A stretch of 64,000 nt of DNA from Candidatus Undinarchaeota archaeon (GCA_964519305.1 CAZFHY010000018.1:1-64000); one strand, 5' to 3'. Positions 9,360 through 20,111 are shown, counted from the stretch's first letter. Notes: a model not told the origin generated them from the sequence alone. Numbers and translations: made by a program.

Positions 9360-9697
9360 GAATGAACACCTCGGGATCAAGCCCAGAAGCGAGGCAGGGG
9401 AGGCAACTAAGCTGTATGATATAAAAAGGTTTCGCTGACGAAGACGCGACCTTATTTCAGAGGGAGCACGCGTGAGACGACCTCATGATTACGGAGGTGG
9501 TCCGATGCCACGGCAACGACATCCTCAAGCCCCACCTCATCGAGGCGCTGTTGGCGCAGGGTCCAACCGTTCTCTCCTAGAACGAGCTCGTCCCCCGCCA
9601 TCCTCACAGCCATTTCCATGGGGCTCTCGAGCTCCCGGACGAGGACCAGGCCTACGTCGCTCTGGGGGACACGGCAATCGAGCTCGACCGGAGCGTT

Positions 9698-11644
9698 GTG
9701 CTCGGTGAGACCGTCGAGGGCCTCGATGCCCGGTTACGGGTGACAGAAGACGCTTGGGCAAGGGACTCGACGCTCCAGCCCATCCAGTACCTCGTCGGGG
9801 GACGGCTTGAATTCGTGTCCGGAATGACACGCCTGCACCCCGAGGTGCCCATAGAGTACTCGAAGAAGAACGCCTTCACGCTCAAGAACCGCGTCCCGCC
9901 GAGGATCGAGCTCTCAATCGTGGACCCGGGCACCGGCCTCGCCCTCGCTAGGGCGATCGATCCCATCAGGCTCACCCCATTCTCCAACGTCACACTGATT
10001 TTCGATGTCCGGAACTCTCAGCAGGGGTACGCGCACGAATGCCAGGGAAGGCTTACCCTACCGGCCGATGTACTCGATATTGTTAGCGGGAGCTATCCCA
10101 TCCGACCCGGCAACAGGACGAAGCTGGGCGAGGAGTACTTCTTCGATATCGGAGACCTAGAAAAGAACAGTCGGAAGGAGATCCGTGCCCTGGGCGCCGT
10201 CAAGGCCGCGAGCGCAGGTGACCTCGACGCGAGCTTCACGGTCGTGAACTGCAAGGACGCGAACCGTCAGGTACAGGTCATCCCACCACGCAGTATAAAG
10301 CTCCGTGTGGAGAACGCCACGGTTGACATAATCCTCAACGGCGACCTAATGACCAAGGAGGGTGGTTTCAATCCAGGGGAGGAAGCCTCTTTCTATTTCG
10401 GTGCCATGAACCCGACACAGGCCCGTTTCGAGAAGTGCGTGCTGCGTGTAGGGAGGAGCGCGGACCTCAAATACACAAGGAGCTCGCTCCCCGTGATGTC
10501 GGGAGCGTCCGACCTCGAAGACCGGTTTGAGTTCGCGCTCGAGCCCAGCGCCGGATTATCCCTTGACTACGCTGTCCAGCTCCTCGAGCTGGACCATGGT
10601 TCGTCTATCAGGGTACGGACGACATGCCAGAGCGAGCGGTTCGGCAGCCTCAACTCCCGGCTCCTTTCTCTTAAAGTGAATAGGCGTCCGCGCGCTGCTC
10701 CTGTGAAGACGGGAATTCTGGGTAGGGGCCCTCTGGCGTCCATCACGGCCGATCCGCAGGTCCTCTTTCTTGTAGTGCTACTAATCCTTCTCATCGTGGC
10801 CCTCGTCGTGGTCCGCAGGAGGCGGCAGCAGGTGGACGAGGGGGAAGGGCTGGAAGAAGAGGAGGGGGACGAAGAGAAAAAGCCCGAACCGGACGACAGG
10901 ATCGGCTCGGCGGTGTACTCGCTCCTCAAGCGCGTGAGCACGGGGAGGGTGGATACGAAGGGGGCCCAGAGCCCCTACGGCAAGGTCGCGGGCCGGGTCA
11001 AGGAGAGCACGGACGAGGCCGCTGAAGCGCCCCCGCTCATCGATCCGTACACCAAGTTCAAGCAGCAGCTGCTCGATGGTGGGTTCATCGACACCGAGGA
11101 TCTCGAGGCCGGTATCCTCGATGACGAGGAGGTCGCGGCCGAGATCAACAGGCTCCTCAACCTATCAAAGGGTGAAGATGGGCCGTCGATCGGAGAGATG
11201 GCACCCAAGAACGGCAAGGCAGCGCCCCCGAAGCAGGAGAGGACAGAGGCCAAAATCCCGCCCGAACGAACGAGAGACATACGGCCGGAGGGCGAACGGG
11301 CACCTGCTGGTGGACCCGGTACCAAGGAGGGGCCGCAGGTGTCGAAGGACGACCATCTCGAGCATCACCTCCGTGACGAGGAGTCGCTGAAGCGTCAGGT
11401 ACAGGCACTAGATTCGCTCCTTAAGGGGCAGATGAGGCCAGACGCCATGCCCGAACCTGGCACAAAGGCACCCTCTACGACGAAGTCCGAGCCGAAGGAG
11501 CCGCCGAAGAAGGCCGCATCTCCGTCAAAGAGCGAACCCAAGGTATCCGCACATCGCGCTCCCGCGGATGGCGATGACATCGAGAAGAAGCTCAAGTGGC
11601 TCGACGACACCCTTGAGTCGCACAGGAACGCGGATGACGAGTAG
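9698..11644 (+). CDS. Large single-pass membrane protein (beta-rich N-terminal region, TM followed by RRRR, low-complexity charged tail)
   Basis: 648-aa ORF with TM VLFLVVLLILLIVALVVV-RRRR; 5' end unresolved. Confidence 0.65.
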   Translation: MLGETVEGLDARLRVTEDAWARDSTLQPIQYLVGGRLEFVSGMTRLHPEVPIEYSKKNAFTLKNRVPPRIELSIVDPGTGLALARAIDPIRLTPFSNVTLIFDVRNSQQGYAHECQGRLTLPADVLDIVSGSYPIRPGNRTKLGEEYFFDIGDLEKNSRKEIRALGAVKAASAGDLDASFTVVNCKDANRQVQVIPPRSIKLRVENATVDIILNGDLMTKEGGFNPGEEASFYFGAMNPTQARFEKCVLRVGRSADLKYTRSSLPVMSGASDLEDRFEFALEPSAGLSLDYAVQLLELDHGSSIRVRTTCQSERFGSLNSRLLSLKVNRRPRAAPVKTGILGRGPLASITADPQVLFLVVLLILLIVALVVVRRRRQQVDEGEGLEEEEGDEEKKPEPDDRIGSAVYSLLKRVSTGRVDTKGAQSPYGKVAGRVKESTDEAAEAPPLIDPYTKFKQQLLDGGFIDTEDLEAGILDDEEVAAEINRLLNLSKGEDGPSIGEMAPKNGKAAPPKQERTEAKIPPERTRDIRPEGERAPAGGPGTKEGPQVSKDDHLEHHLRDEESLKRQVQALDSLLKGQMRPDAMPEPGTKAPSTTKSEPKEPPKKAASPSKSEPKVSAHRAPADGDDIEKKLKWLDDTLESHRNADDE

Positions 11645-11659
11645 CAGCGTACGACCGCA

Positions 11660-13099
11660 TCAGTACTTCTTGCTGATGTACGTGACCGGTGAGTCAGGTT
11701 TCCCGCAGATGATGCAGTTACCGGGCTGACGCATCTCCTTCTTGTGGGGGACGCCCAGGAATACTGCTTCGGTCATGCGCTCGATCTCTTCGGCACAGTC
11801 CATGCCCTCGCACCAGTGGATGGCAACGATACCCTTCTTCTCTTCCAGGAAGGTGGTGGCCTCGCGCAGCTCGTCCGAGGGTATGATGTGCTCCTCGAAC
11901 TGCTTCTGTGCGTTGGCCATCAGGTCCTCGGACATATTATCGAAGGTCCCTCGCAGCCACTCGATGAGATTGTCCCGCGGGACGCTCTCTTTCTTCCTGT
12001 TGTCCCGGCGAACGGTCATCACCGCGTTCTTGGCCAGGTCCTTGGGTCCCAGCTCTAGTCGGAGGGGCACGCCACGCAGCTCCCAGTGGGCGTACTTCTC
12101 CCCGGCGCGCACGTCGTCCCGGTCGTCGAGCTTGACACGGAACCCTGCGTCCTTCAGCTCGGCCACCAGCTTGTGGCACGCCTCCAGCACAGACTCGCGT
12201 GAGTCGGAGAATATGATGGGTACGATGACGATTTGCTTGGGCGCCAGTGCCGGGGGCAGCACGATACCGCGGTCGTCGCCGTGGATCGATATGGCGGACG
12301 CCACCAGCCGCTCGGACATGCCGTAGCAGGTGATGTGTGCGTACTGCTCCTCTCCGGAATCGTCCTTGTATGTGACGTTGAACGGCTTGGAGAAGTTCTC
12401 GCCGAGGTTGTGGATGGTCCCTATCTGCAGAGTTCGCATGTCGGGGAAGAGCGTGTCGACACCGAGCGTGTACACGGCGCCAGGGAACTTGTCCCACTCG
12501 GGGCGCTTGTTGATGATGATCGGGAGGCACAGCTGGCGAGCGACCTTTTCCATGATCTCGATGTCCTCGGCCACCTGACGCTCCGCGTCGTCCCAGGATT
12601 CGTGGGCCGTGTGCGACTCGTAGAAGCTGATGAGCTCGCGCACTCGGATGATGGGCCTTGTGTGCTTGGTCTCGTACCTGAACGTGTTGACGATCTGGTA
12701 GATCTTGAGCGGCAGGTCGTTGTGCGAGCGCACCCACAGGGAGAACATGGGGTACATTACCGTCTCGGACGTGGGCCTGAGCAGGAGCCTGCGGTCTAGC
12801 TTGTTCAGTCCTGCGTGTGTGATCCAGAACACTTCGCTCTCGAAGCCCTTGATGTGATCGCCCTCCTTCTCGAAAGCGTCCTCGGGCACCAGGCAGGGGA
12901 ACTGGACCTCGTCGTGATCGGTGGCGTCGACCTCCTTCCGGGTGATGTTCATTATGTTCCGGAGGATGCCGTACCCCCAGCCCTTCCAGACGAGGCATCC
13001 CTTGATCGGGTAACGGTCATCGACGATGTCTGCCTGCCGTAATACCTCGGGGTACCATTCCTGGAAGTCTGTCTTGGCGACGGTGAACTCCTCTGCCAT
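11660..13099 (-). CDS. proS: Proline--tRNA ligase (archaeal/eukaryotic type)
   Basis: RPTSET, FRYETKHTRP, QIGTIHNLG.NF, C-terminal Zn domain HWC...CIICG. Confidence 0.98.
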   Translation of the reverse strand: MAEEFTVAKTDFQEWYPEVLRQADIVDDRYPIKGCLVWKGWGYGILRNIMNITRKEVDATDHDEVQFPCLVPEDAFEKEGDHIKGFESEVFWITHAGLNKLDRRLLLRPTSETVMYPMFSLWVRSHNDLPLKIYQIVNTFRYETKHTRPIIRVRELISFYESHTAHESWDDAERQVAEDIEIMEKVARQLCLPIIINKRPEWDKFPGAVYTLGVDTLFPDMRTLQIGTIHNLGENFSKPFNVTYKDDSGEEQYAHITCYGMSERLVASAISIHGDDRGIVLPPALAPKQIVIVPIIFSDSRESVLEACHKLVAELKDAGFRVKLDDRDDVRAGEKYAHWELRGVPLRLELGPKDLAKNAVMTVRRDNRKKESVPRDNLIEWLRGTFDNMSEDLMANAQKQFEEHIIPSDELREATTFLEEKKGIVAIHWCEGMDCAEEIERMTEAVFLGVPHKKEMRQPGNCIICGKPDSPVTYISKKY

Positions 13100-13152
13100 A
13101 CCCGCCCGGGGTAAGGTTGTTCTTTTTAAGTTTTCTTAGACGAGTCCTCCCA

Positions 13153-14406
13153 ATGACGCGCGTGGGCGTGTTCTCTGACACCCATTTCGGTTACGACTTC
13201 GGCGGCCCCCGCGGTGAGGACCCATTCGTACAGGCAGCCGAAGCGATCGATGTGCTCATCGCGAAGAAATGCGGGCTCGTGCTCCACGCTGGCGACCTTT
13301 TCGATCGGCCCGTGCCCAAGCCCGACGTGCTCGGCGGAGCCATGCGCCTGTTCTCTCGTGCCGTGCTCGCCCGACGGAAGAGCAAGGTCAAGCTCATCGA
13401 GGCCGTGGGGAAGGACCGGGGGGACGTTACCGAAGAGATCGCACTGGCAGGCGTCCCGATCATCGCGATCCATGGGACACATGAGCGTCGCCCCAAGGGT
13501 CAGCTCAATCCCGTCCAGCTCCTGGAGAAGGCGGGATTCGTAATTGCGCTCCACTGCCAGTCCGTGCTCCTGGACATCGACGGTGTGCGGGTGGGCGTCC
13601 ATGGCATGGGGGGTGTGCCCGAGCGGTACGCCCGTGACGTGCTCCGCAAGTGGGACCCCAAACCATTCGAAAAAGCTGTGAACATCCTCCTCCTTCATCA
13701 GAACCTGTCGCCTTACCTCTACACTGGCGACGAGCCCGGGCTGGAGAGCGAGGACCTCCCCAAAGGGTTCGACCTCATCGTGAACGGACACATCCACTGG
13801 GAGGTCCAGGACGCGCTCCCACACGGCGGTCAACTCCTGTGCCCCGGGAGCACCGTGCTCACGCAGCTGCGGGCCACCGAGCGGGACACGCCAAAGGCAG
13901 CCTTCACCATCGAGATGACAAAGAAGAAGGGCATGGGCGAGGTCCGTCGGCTACCTCTCGCGACACCGCGCCAGTTCATCCTCGAGACCGTCAAGGTCAA
14001 GGGCGCGGGACCGTCACAGGTCGTGAGCTCGGTGAAGAAGAAGATCGCCAAGGCGCTCAAGGGTGTGAAGGGCGACCGCATGCCCCTGGTGCGTGTCAAG
14101 ATCGAGGGCACCCTCAAGGACGGCATCACGCCCCGGGACGTCCAGCTGGGCGAGATGCTGGAGGCCTTCGCCGGCAAGGCGCTGGTGAAGGTGGACAAGA
14201 AGCTGGCGGGCGCCGACATGGAACGCTCGAAGGCGCATCGGGCCGTGAAGCGCAAGGCAGCGACCCTGGACGAGCTGGCACGTGAAGTGCTGCGCACCCG
14301 GGCCAAGGAGATGGGCGTGAAGCTCGACGCCGATGCGGTGTTCGACCTCCTCCTGAAGGATGACGTGGACGGTATCATCGAGCTCGTGGAGGGCGAGGGT
14401 ACGTGA
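13153..14406 (+). CDS. mre11: Mre11 nuclease
   Basis: SDTHFG, AGDLFD, GTHE, HQ, NGHIH phosphoesterase motifs; directly upstream of rad50. Confidence 0.95.
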   Translation: MTRVGVFSDTHFGYDFGGPRGEDPFVQAAEAIDVLIAKKCGLVLHAGDLFDRPVPKPDVLGGAMRLFSRAVLARRKSKVKLIEAVGKDRGDVTEEIALAGVPIIAIHGTHERRPKGQLNPVQLLEKAGFVIALHCQSVLLDIDGVRVGVHGMGGVPERYARDVLRKWDPKPFEKAVNILLLHQNLSPYLYTGDEPGLESEDLPKGFDLIVNGHIHWEVQDALPHGGQLLCPGSTVLTQLRATERDTPKAAFTIEMTKKKGMGEVRRLPLATPRQFILETVKVKGAGPSQVVSSVKKKIAKALKGVKGDRMPLVRVKIEGTLKDGITPRDVQLGEMLEAFAGKALVKVDKKLAGADMERSKAHRAVKRKAATLDELAREVLRTRAKEMGVKLDADAVFDLLLKDDVDGIIELVEGEGT

Positions 14407-17099
14407 TCACCCGGGTCCGCCTACGGAACTGGAAGTGCCATGAGGACACAGTGCTCGTGTTCAGGCCGGGGACCAACGTCCTGGTCGGCTCCATGGGCTC
14501 GGGCAAGTCCAGTATCATTGACGCCATCACCTTCGCCCTCTTCGGCTCGCTCCCCAACATCCGCTCCCACAGGGTGCGCACCGACGATCTCATCATGTCC
14601 CGGCCGGCCCGGCGGCTGGAGGCCGAGGTCGAGGTGACCTTCGACCATCACGGTGCCGAGTACATGGTGAAGCGTGTCCTGGAGCGGGGGAAAGGCACCG
14701 CTTACTGCGAGCTGCGCAAGGACGGTACGCTCCTCGAGGCACCCAAGCCCACGCCCGTGACAGCACGCGTGGTCGAACTGCTGGGGATGGACATAGACCT
14801 GTTCCTCAACGCCGTGTACGCCGCTCAGAACGGCATCGACGAGTTCCTCACGCTGGGTAAGGGCCAGCGCATGGACCGGCTGGACGAACTACTGGGCATC
14901 AAGCGTCTCGAGGACGCCCGCTCGCTCCTGGTGAAGGTGATCACGCGGGTCCAGGACCGTGCCATGGACGGGAAGGCCCACGTGGCCGAGCTGGAGCGGT
15001 CGCTCGCCGCAGTGGACACCGATGCGCTCAAGAAGGAGGTGGCGGTCCTGATCAAGGAGGTCGACACGCTGGAGGCCGACGGCGAGAAGCTGGCCGAACG
15101 CGAGGCCGCAGCCCGGGCGGAGCTGGAGAAGCTCGACGAGCTGGCCAAGAAGCACGAGGACCTCGGTCGGGTACAGGCGGTGTTCGAGGGGAAGGAGGGA
15201 CAGCTGGCCGAGCAGGAACGGACGTTGGCCGAGGAGGCCGGTGACCTTGCGGGACGTCCCAAGAACGAGCTCGAGTCGCTCCGTCACGAGACGGTCGATA
15301 TAATCGCCCTGATGGAGCAGGACCGGGCCCGTCTGGCCGACCTCGGAGAGGAACGCGGGCGGTTGGAGGGCCGTGCGTCCCAGCTCCGGTCCCGTAGGAA
15401 GGAGCTTGAAGAACGGTTGGGCGACAAGAAGGGCAAGGCACCATCCGCAGAAGAGCTCGAGCGGTCGGTCACTGAGATGAGCGAGGCGCTGCGAAAGGAG
15501 CGTGCCCGGGGCGAGGACGTCCGGGTCAACATCGCCGCGCTCAGAGAAGAACTGAAGGCCATGGCGCAGCGCGCCACCGAGCTCAGGGAGAAGGCCGCGC
15601 GTGTCGTGGCGCTGAGAAAGGAGATACACGATCTGGGAGCAGAGGGCGATGTAGGTATCGTCGAGGGACGGCTCGAGGGCGTGAAGGAGGAGGTCCGTCA
15701 TCTTCGTGACCAGACCGGGATGCTAAAAGCACGCATCCAGAACCTCGACCAGGCGGCCGCTGAACTGGAGACCGCCGGTGACGCTTGTCCCGTGTGCGAC
15801 AATCCGCTCGCCGAGGAGAGGAAGGAAGGTCTCGTCGTGGAGAAGCGGCGCAAGGCAGCGCACGTGCGAAAGAACGCCAAGAAGCTCGGACAGCGGCTAG
15901 ACGAGCGCGACCGCGAGGAGCGGCGCCTCGAGCGCACCGTCGAGCGTGTACGGACTATGCACAGGGACCTGGAATCCCTTGGCGCCGCGGAGGGGGAGCT
16001 ATCGACCCTCGAGGAACGGATCGTTGCCGCCGAGAAAGAGGAGCTGATCCTCAAGGAGGACGCCGCCCGGCTCGAACCACTGCTGGAGGAGCACGAGAAA
16101 CGCCTTGCTGATGCCGTGGAGCGACGCGATATGGAACGTGAACGCGAGAGAACGCGTGACGAGCTGGAGCGGGCCGCAAAGGAGCTCGCTGATGCCGGGG
16201 CATCCCTCAAGAAGGTCAAGAAGGAGATGACCGGAGTCCAGGAGCGCTTCTCGGAAGAGACACTTGCCGACGCGCGTGCACGGCTCGACCGCGCAAGGAC
16301 GGCAGAACGCCACGCCGGCATCGCCGCAGAGCTCGCCGAGGTGCGGGGGAAGCTGGAGGCCAAGCGCAAGGAGCAGGCCGGTCTCTGCTACTCGGCCGAC
16401 GACCACGCCAGCGTGCGGGAGACAACGGGCGGCCTGCGCGCCGAGAGCGAGGGGCTCCGGCGTGAGCTCGTGGCCAAGGGCGACCTCCTCCATGAGAAGC
16501 GTGGACGGTACGCACAGGCCGAGGCCAACCGGACGACGCTGGAGGGGCAGAAAGCGCGACTGGTCCGGCTGGACGCTGGCGGTGAGGACCTCACCCGCAT
16601 CAAGGGCGCCCTCTCAGATACACAGACCATCATGCGTCGACAGATCGTCGAGGAGATCAATGGTGTGCTCGACCCTATGTGGAACACCCTCTATCCGTAC
16701 GAGGACCTGGGAGGCATCCGGCTCCGCATCGGCGAGGAAGGCCGCGGCAGGGGCGACTACACCCTCGAACTGCAGGATTCGACCGACTCGTGGGTGACCG
16801 TGGACGGCATCGCCTCGGGCGGTGAGCGCTCAGTGGCCTGTCTCGCGCTCCGGGTAGCGTTCTCGCGCGTGCTCGCCCCCAACCTGTCCTGGCTGGTGTT
16901 CGACGAGCCCACCCACAACCTCGACCGACGCGGTGTGGAGGAGCTAGCCGAGACACTGCGCGACCGCCTTCCCGAGCTCTTCGACCAGGTGATCATCATC
17001 ACACACGAGGAACAGATGGAGAACGCGATCACCGGCGCCTGCTACCGCATCTCCCGGGACAAGGCCGAGGACATGCCCGCGCAGGTCGAGGAGGTCTGA
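14403..17099 (+). CDS. rad50: Rad50 ATPase
   Basis: Walker A GSMGSGKSS, Zn-hook CPVC in the coiled coil, SGGE signature, FDEPT, ITH. Confidence 0.96.
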   Translation: MITRVRLRNWKCHEDTVLVFRPGTNVLVGSMGSGKSSIIDAITFALFGSLPNIRSHRVRTDDLIMSRPARRLEAEVEVTFDHHGAEYMVKRVLERGKGTAYCELRKDGTLLEAPKPTPVTARVVELLGMDIDLFLNAVYAAQNGIDEFLTLGKGQRMDRLDELLGIKRLEDARSLLVKVITRVQDRAMDGKAHVAELERSLAAVDTDALKKEVAVLIKEVDTLEADGEKLAEREAAARAELEKLDELAKKHEDLGRVQAVFEGKEGQLAEQERTLAEEAGDLAGRPKNELESLRHETVDIIALMEQDRARLADLGEERGRLEGRASQLRSRRKELEERLGDKKGKAPSAEELERSVTEMSEALRKERARGEDVRVNIAALREELKAMAQRATELREKAARVVALRKEIHDLGAEGDVGIVEGRLEGVKEEVRHLRDQTGMLKARIQNLDQAAAELETAGDACPVCDNPLAEERKEGLVVEKRRKAAHVRKNAKKLGQRLDERDREERRLERTVERVRTMHRDLESLGAAEGELSTLEERIVAAEKEELILKEDAARLEPLLEEHEKRLADAVERRDMERERERTRDELERAAKELADAGASLKKVKKEMTGVQERFSEETLADARARLDRARTAERHAGIAAELAEVRGKLEAKRKEQAGLCYSADDHASVRETTGGLRAESEGLRRELVAKGDLLHEKRGRYAQAEANRTTLEGQKARLVRLDAGGEDLTRIKGALSDTQTIMRRQIVEEINGVLDPMWNTLYPYEDLGGIRLRIGEEGRGRGDYTLELQDSTDSWVTVDGIASGGERSVACLALRVAFSRVLAPNLSWLVFDEPTHNLDRRGVEELAETLRDRLPELFDQVIIITHEEQMENAITGACYRISRDKAEDMPAQVEEV

Positions 17100-17103
17100 G
17101 CAC

Positions 17104-17325
17104 GTGGCCGGCCCCGGCCTCCGGAAGGTCATGGAAGCATTGATCTCGGTCCCTATCCTCGTCTTTGGTATACGCATCCTCCGGGACATGCGACAGGCAC
17201 CCACAGGAGAGAACATCAGCTACTTCGTTTTATGGGCCGTCCTCTCTTACGGATTCCTGTTGTGGTCGGCACGATATGGGCGTGAGAGGGCGGACATCGG
17301 CGAGGATGTGGAGGACGAGGTCTGA
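17104..17325 (+). CDS. Small hypothetical 2-TM protein
   Basis: Two hydrophobic segments and an acidic tail. Confidence 0.5.
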   Translation: MAGPGLRKVMEALISVPILVFGIRILRDMRQAPTGENISYFVLWAVLSYGFLLWSARYGRERADIGEDVEDEV

Positions 17326-17336
17326 GACGCGGTGCG

Positions 17337-17789
17337 CTATCCCACGGTGAAGTCCGAGGATTCAGTGATACGCTTATTGGTGTCCTTGTCGTCGACGACG
17401 ACAACCTTCATCCGGTAGTCGCCGGCCTCGACAGGTGACTGGAGCGATATCTTGTACACGCCCCAGTTGTCGGTACGCACGCACTTGCACATGCCGCAAC
17501 TAGGGTCCATATCGCAGATGACCTCACCTTTACGGCACCCCGCCTCCCCAAGTTCCGACCGGACGCACAGGATTACCGCTCCCACCGCCGCGCTCTTCAC
17601 TGGGCTCCCGTCCGACTTGGACACGGAACCCTCAATCGCAATGGGTTCGTCGGGGTAGTAGTACGACGAGACGATAAGCGGTGTCATCTCTATGGCCGGG
17701 CCGCTATCCATGCACCCCGTCAATAGCGCGAGCGTCGCCATCAGGACCGCGATGCAGAGGGCTCGCACAGTGTAACGAGTGCTGTCCAT
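17337..17789 (-). CDS. Lipoprotein with Cys-rich Ig-like domain, paralogous to the C-terminus of the pilus platform protein at 57024
   Basis: Lipobox LLTGC; the last 116 aa match 57024-57374 at about 92/116 by manual count. Confidence 0.8.
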   Translation of the reverse strand: MDSTRYTVRALCIAVLMATLALLTGCMDSGPAIEMTPLIVSSYYYPDEPIAIEGSVSKSDGSPVKSAAVGAVILCVRSELGEAGCRKGEVICDMDPSCGMCKCVRTDNWGVYKISLQSPVEAGDYRMKVVVVDDKDTNKRITESSDFTVG

Positions 17790-17922
17790 GTTACTGTTGA
17801 CCATAGTTCCCCGATATGTATTCGGACCTATGAAATAAAAAACGACAGGTCCCGTCGCGTGCCGGTCCCGCTCCCGAAAGTTATCTAAAGGTTGATAGGC
17901 CAACATGGGCGGGGGATAGACC

Positions 17923-18414
17923 ATGAAGGTCATTGAGGACTCGCCGCAGCGTCTCGTGTTCGAGGAGAGCAAGCTGCTCTTCGGTATCGGCATGGCCATT
18001 GCAGGCGCGGTACTGGGCATCGGATACGGCTTCTTTGGTTGGAAATCCTTCTGGGGACCTTCAAGGGAGTACGCGGCGATCGCGTTCAGCCCCATTTTCA
18101 TAGTATACGGGCTGGTCTCGGCCACTTACCGCGAGCACCTTACGGTCGACGAAGTGGCGCGTACGGTCGCTACCGAACGTCGCAGCATCATCAAGCACGA
18201 GGAAGCGAGCTTCGACTTCAAGGAGGTCAAGAAGGTCATAATCAAGAAGGTCAACACACGGACCGGGTGGGTGACCGAGTCCACCGGTTACGAGGTCTAC
18301 GTGAACGAGGTATGGCTGAGGAACCTTATTTTCAACACCGGCAAGAGGATCGATGCCCTGAAGGTGGCATCGCGCCTCGAGGACAAGACCGGTGCGACCG
18401 TCCTGGAATGGTGA
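17923..18414 (+). CDS. 2-TM + beta-rich domain protein, paralog 1
   Basis: MKVIEDSPQRLVF, two TMs, E.LTVD...R.V, F..VKKV. Confidence 0.75.
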   Translation: MKVIEDSPQRLVFEESKLLFGIGMAIAGAVLGIGYGFFGWKSFWGPSREYAAIAFSPIFIVYGLVSATYREHLTVDEVARTVATERRSIIKHEEASFDFKEVKKVIIKKVNTRTGWVTESTGYEVYVNEVWLRNLIFNTGKRIDALKVASRLEDKTGATVLEW

Positions 18415-18474
18415 CGCGGTGCCTGACAATAATCTGTTAAAGGATACGTAATTTGGTGTGTTGAGGGCCCGAGC

Positions 18475-19017
18475 ATGAGGATCGAGGACACGTCGGAACG
18501 GTTCGTTGCATCGAGCGACTGGAAGGACCGTGCCACGGGCCTCAAGGTGATGGCCGTCGCGGCCGTTCTCACATCCCCCATGGCCATCGTGATGGAGGGA
18601 TACCTGAATACCTACGTGTACCTCCATACATTATTCGTGCTGATCCTTGTCCCTGCTCTACTGCTCTGGGTGTTCGGCATGATCATGTTCGTGGGTGGCG
18701 GCCAGCGCTTGGAGCTGGACCATGTGGCGCGGGAGCTGTGGATGAGCAGTCATTACGTCAAGAACGAGCCTGCACCCATCCCCTTCGACGATGTCAAGAA
18801 GATCATCCACTCGATCACCATCTACGACGACGGTGACGAGAACGGCCCCCCGTTCGCCCGGGACGAGGACCGCTACTATGAGCTCCATGTCAACCGCAAG
18901 CACGTGAACGACCTGGTCATCGGTACCGGTGACAGGGAAGTGGTCGAGCTCGTCCTCGGGAAACTGAAGTCCGCCACGGGCGCTACAGTCGAACGGAAGG
19001 TACGGTTCGACAGGTGA
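18475..19017 (+). CDS. 2-TM + beta-rich domain protein, paralog 2
   Basis: MRIEDTSERFV, two TMs, LELD...REL, IPFDDVKKI, ATGATV. Confidence 0.75.
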   Translation: MRIEDTSERFVASSDWKDRATGLKVMAVAAVLTSPMAIVMEGYLNTYVYLHTLFVLILVPALLLWVFGMIMFVGGGQRLELDHVARELWMSSHYVKNEPAPIPFDDVKKIIHSITIYDDGDENGPPFARDEDRYYELHVNRKHVNDLVIGTGDREVVELVLGKLKSATGATVERKVRFDR

Positions 19018-19024
19018 GGCTACC

Positions 19025-19552
19025 GTGCGCATAATCGAGGACACACCGGAGCATCTGGTGATCGGTAGTGGCCGTCTCGAGGGGTTCATGGGGTTCGGGT
19101 GGGCCGGGATCGTGTTCGTCCTTCTCGGCATCGGACTGACCTACGGGTCCATCTTCGACTGTATGGGGAGATACAGTCGCAACACCTGCATCGGCCTCGG
19201 ACCGATCACGGACATTGGTTCGTTCGTCGTCGGGCTCGGTGGCACCGGGCTCGGCATCGCGTTCGTGGCCTGCTGGGAGCGTATCGATATCCGGTTCAAC
19301 ACCGGATTGATCGAGAGGTCGTCCTGGTCCTTCTTCGGCTCGTCCTCGAGCACACCGTCCCTCTCTGATGTCAACCGCGTCATCATCTCGCCATCGACCG
19401 GATCGTCGATCATGTTCGACGCATTCCCTGTATGGTCCCTCTTCCTCGATGGGGTTGGCGCACTGCTGTTGGACGAGACCGACGAGAAGCTCGTCGAGCA
19501 CGTGGCCGGGCGCATCTCCACCTATACCCGGCATCCCGTGGAGCGGTCTTAG
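19025..19552 (+). CDS. 2-TM + beta-rich domain protein, paralog 3
   Basis: MRIIEDTPEHLVI, two TMs, LSDVNRV, LVEHVA.RI. Confidence 0.75.
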   Translation: MRIIEDTPEHLVIGSGRLEGFMGFGWAGIVFVLLGIGLTYGSIFDCMGRYSRNTCIGLGPITDIGSFVVGLGGTGLGIAFVACWERIDIRFNTGLIERSSWSFFGSSSSTPSLSDVNRVIISPSTGSSIMFDAFPVWSLFLDGVGALLLDETDEKLVEHVAGRISTYTRHPVERS

Positions 19553-19561
19553 GGATAGGTC

Positions 19562-19990
19562 CTAGAGCGCCTTCTCCATCAGTACGGACGCACCCTTGTC
19601 CTGCACGACGTGGTAGCCTGATCTGTCATAGAGCCTCTTCGCCCGATTGTCCTTGAACACGGTGAGCTGTACACGCTCCTTTCCGACCTGTGCTGCACGC
19701 TCCTCGATCAGTCCCATGAGCTTGGTACCAAGCCCCTTTCCCCGGTACCGCCCGGAGACCTGAATGTTCTCCACGTAGAACGATGTAGGTTCCTCACGTA
19801 CGGTGAAGTAAGCGATCCTTCGATTCCCCCGACGGACGATACGGGTACCTGTGAGGGAGAAGTCACTACGGAACGTTCCCGGCTCCCATCCTCCCCAGTT
19901 CCTGGTGAATAGAACTAGCATGTTGTGTTTCGTCAGTCGGTAGCAGAACCGGTAATCCTGCCGGGTAGCGGGCATGACCGAGAACTGCAT
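19562..19990 (-). CDS. GNAT family acetyltransferase
   Basis: IQVSGRYRGKGLGTKL and LTVFKDNRAKRLY; start placed at ATG 19990. Confidence 0.85.
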   Translation of the reverse strand: MQFSVMPATRQDYRFCYRLTKHNMLVLFTRNWGGWEPGTFRSDFSLTGTRIVRRGNRRIAYFTVREEPTSFYVENIQVSGRYRGKGLGTKLMGLIEERAAQVGKERVQLTVFKDNRAKRLYDRSGYHVVQDKGASVLMEKAL

Positions 19991-20111
19991 CCTTCTGACC
20001 GTGATCCTCACGCTCGATCCAATATCGCTGATGTATAAGAACGTGTCGACTTGAGCGTGCACGACTTCCCCGAAGGAAAAGTACTTGAACCTCGATTGCG
20101 CTGTCCCCGAC

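Noticed and set aside
9578-9580. In-frame TAG as evidence of amber recoding or pyrrolysine
   Set aside because: Many clear genes in the window end properly at TAG, and no pyl genes are present.
17088-17326. GAGGTCTGAG repeated at the ends of rad50 and the next small ORF
   Set aside because: Only about 10 bp; compatible with chance in GC-rich sequence.
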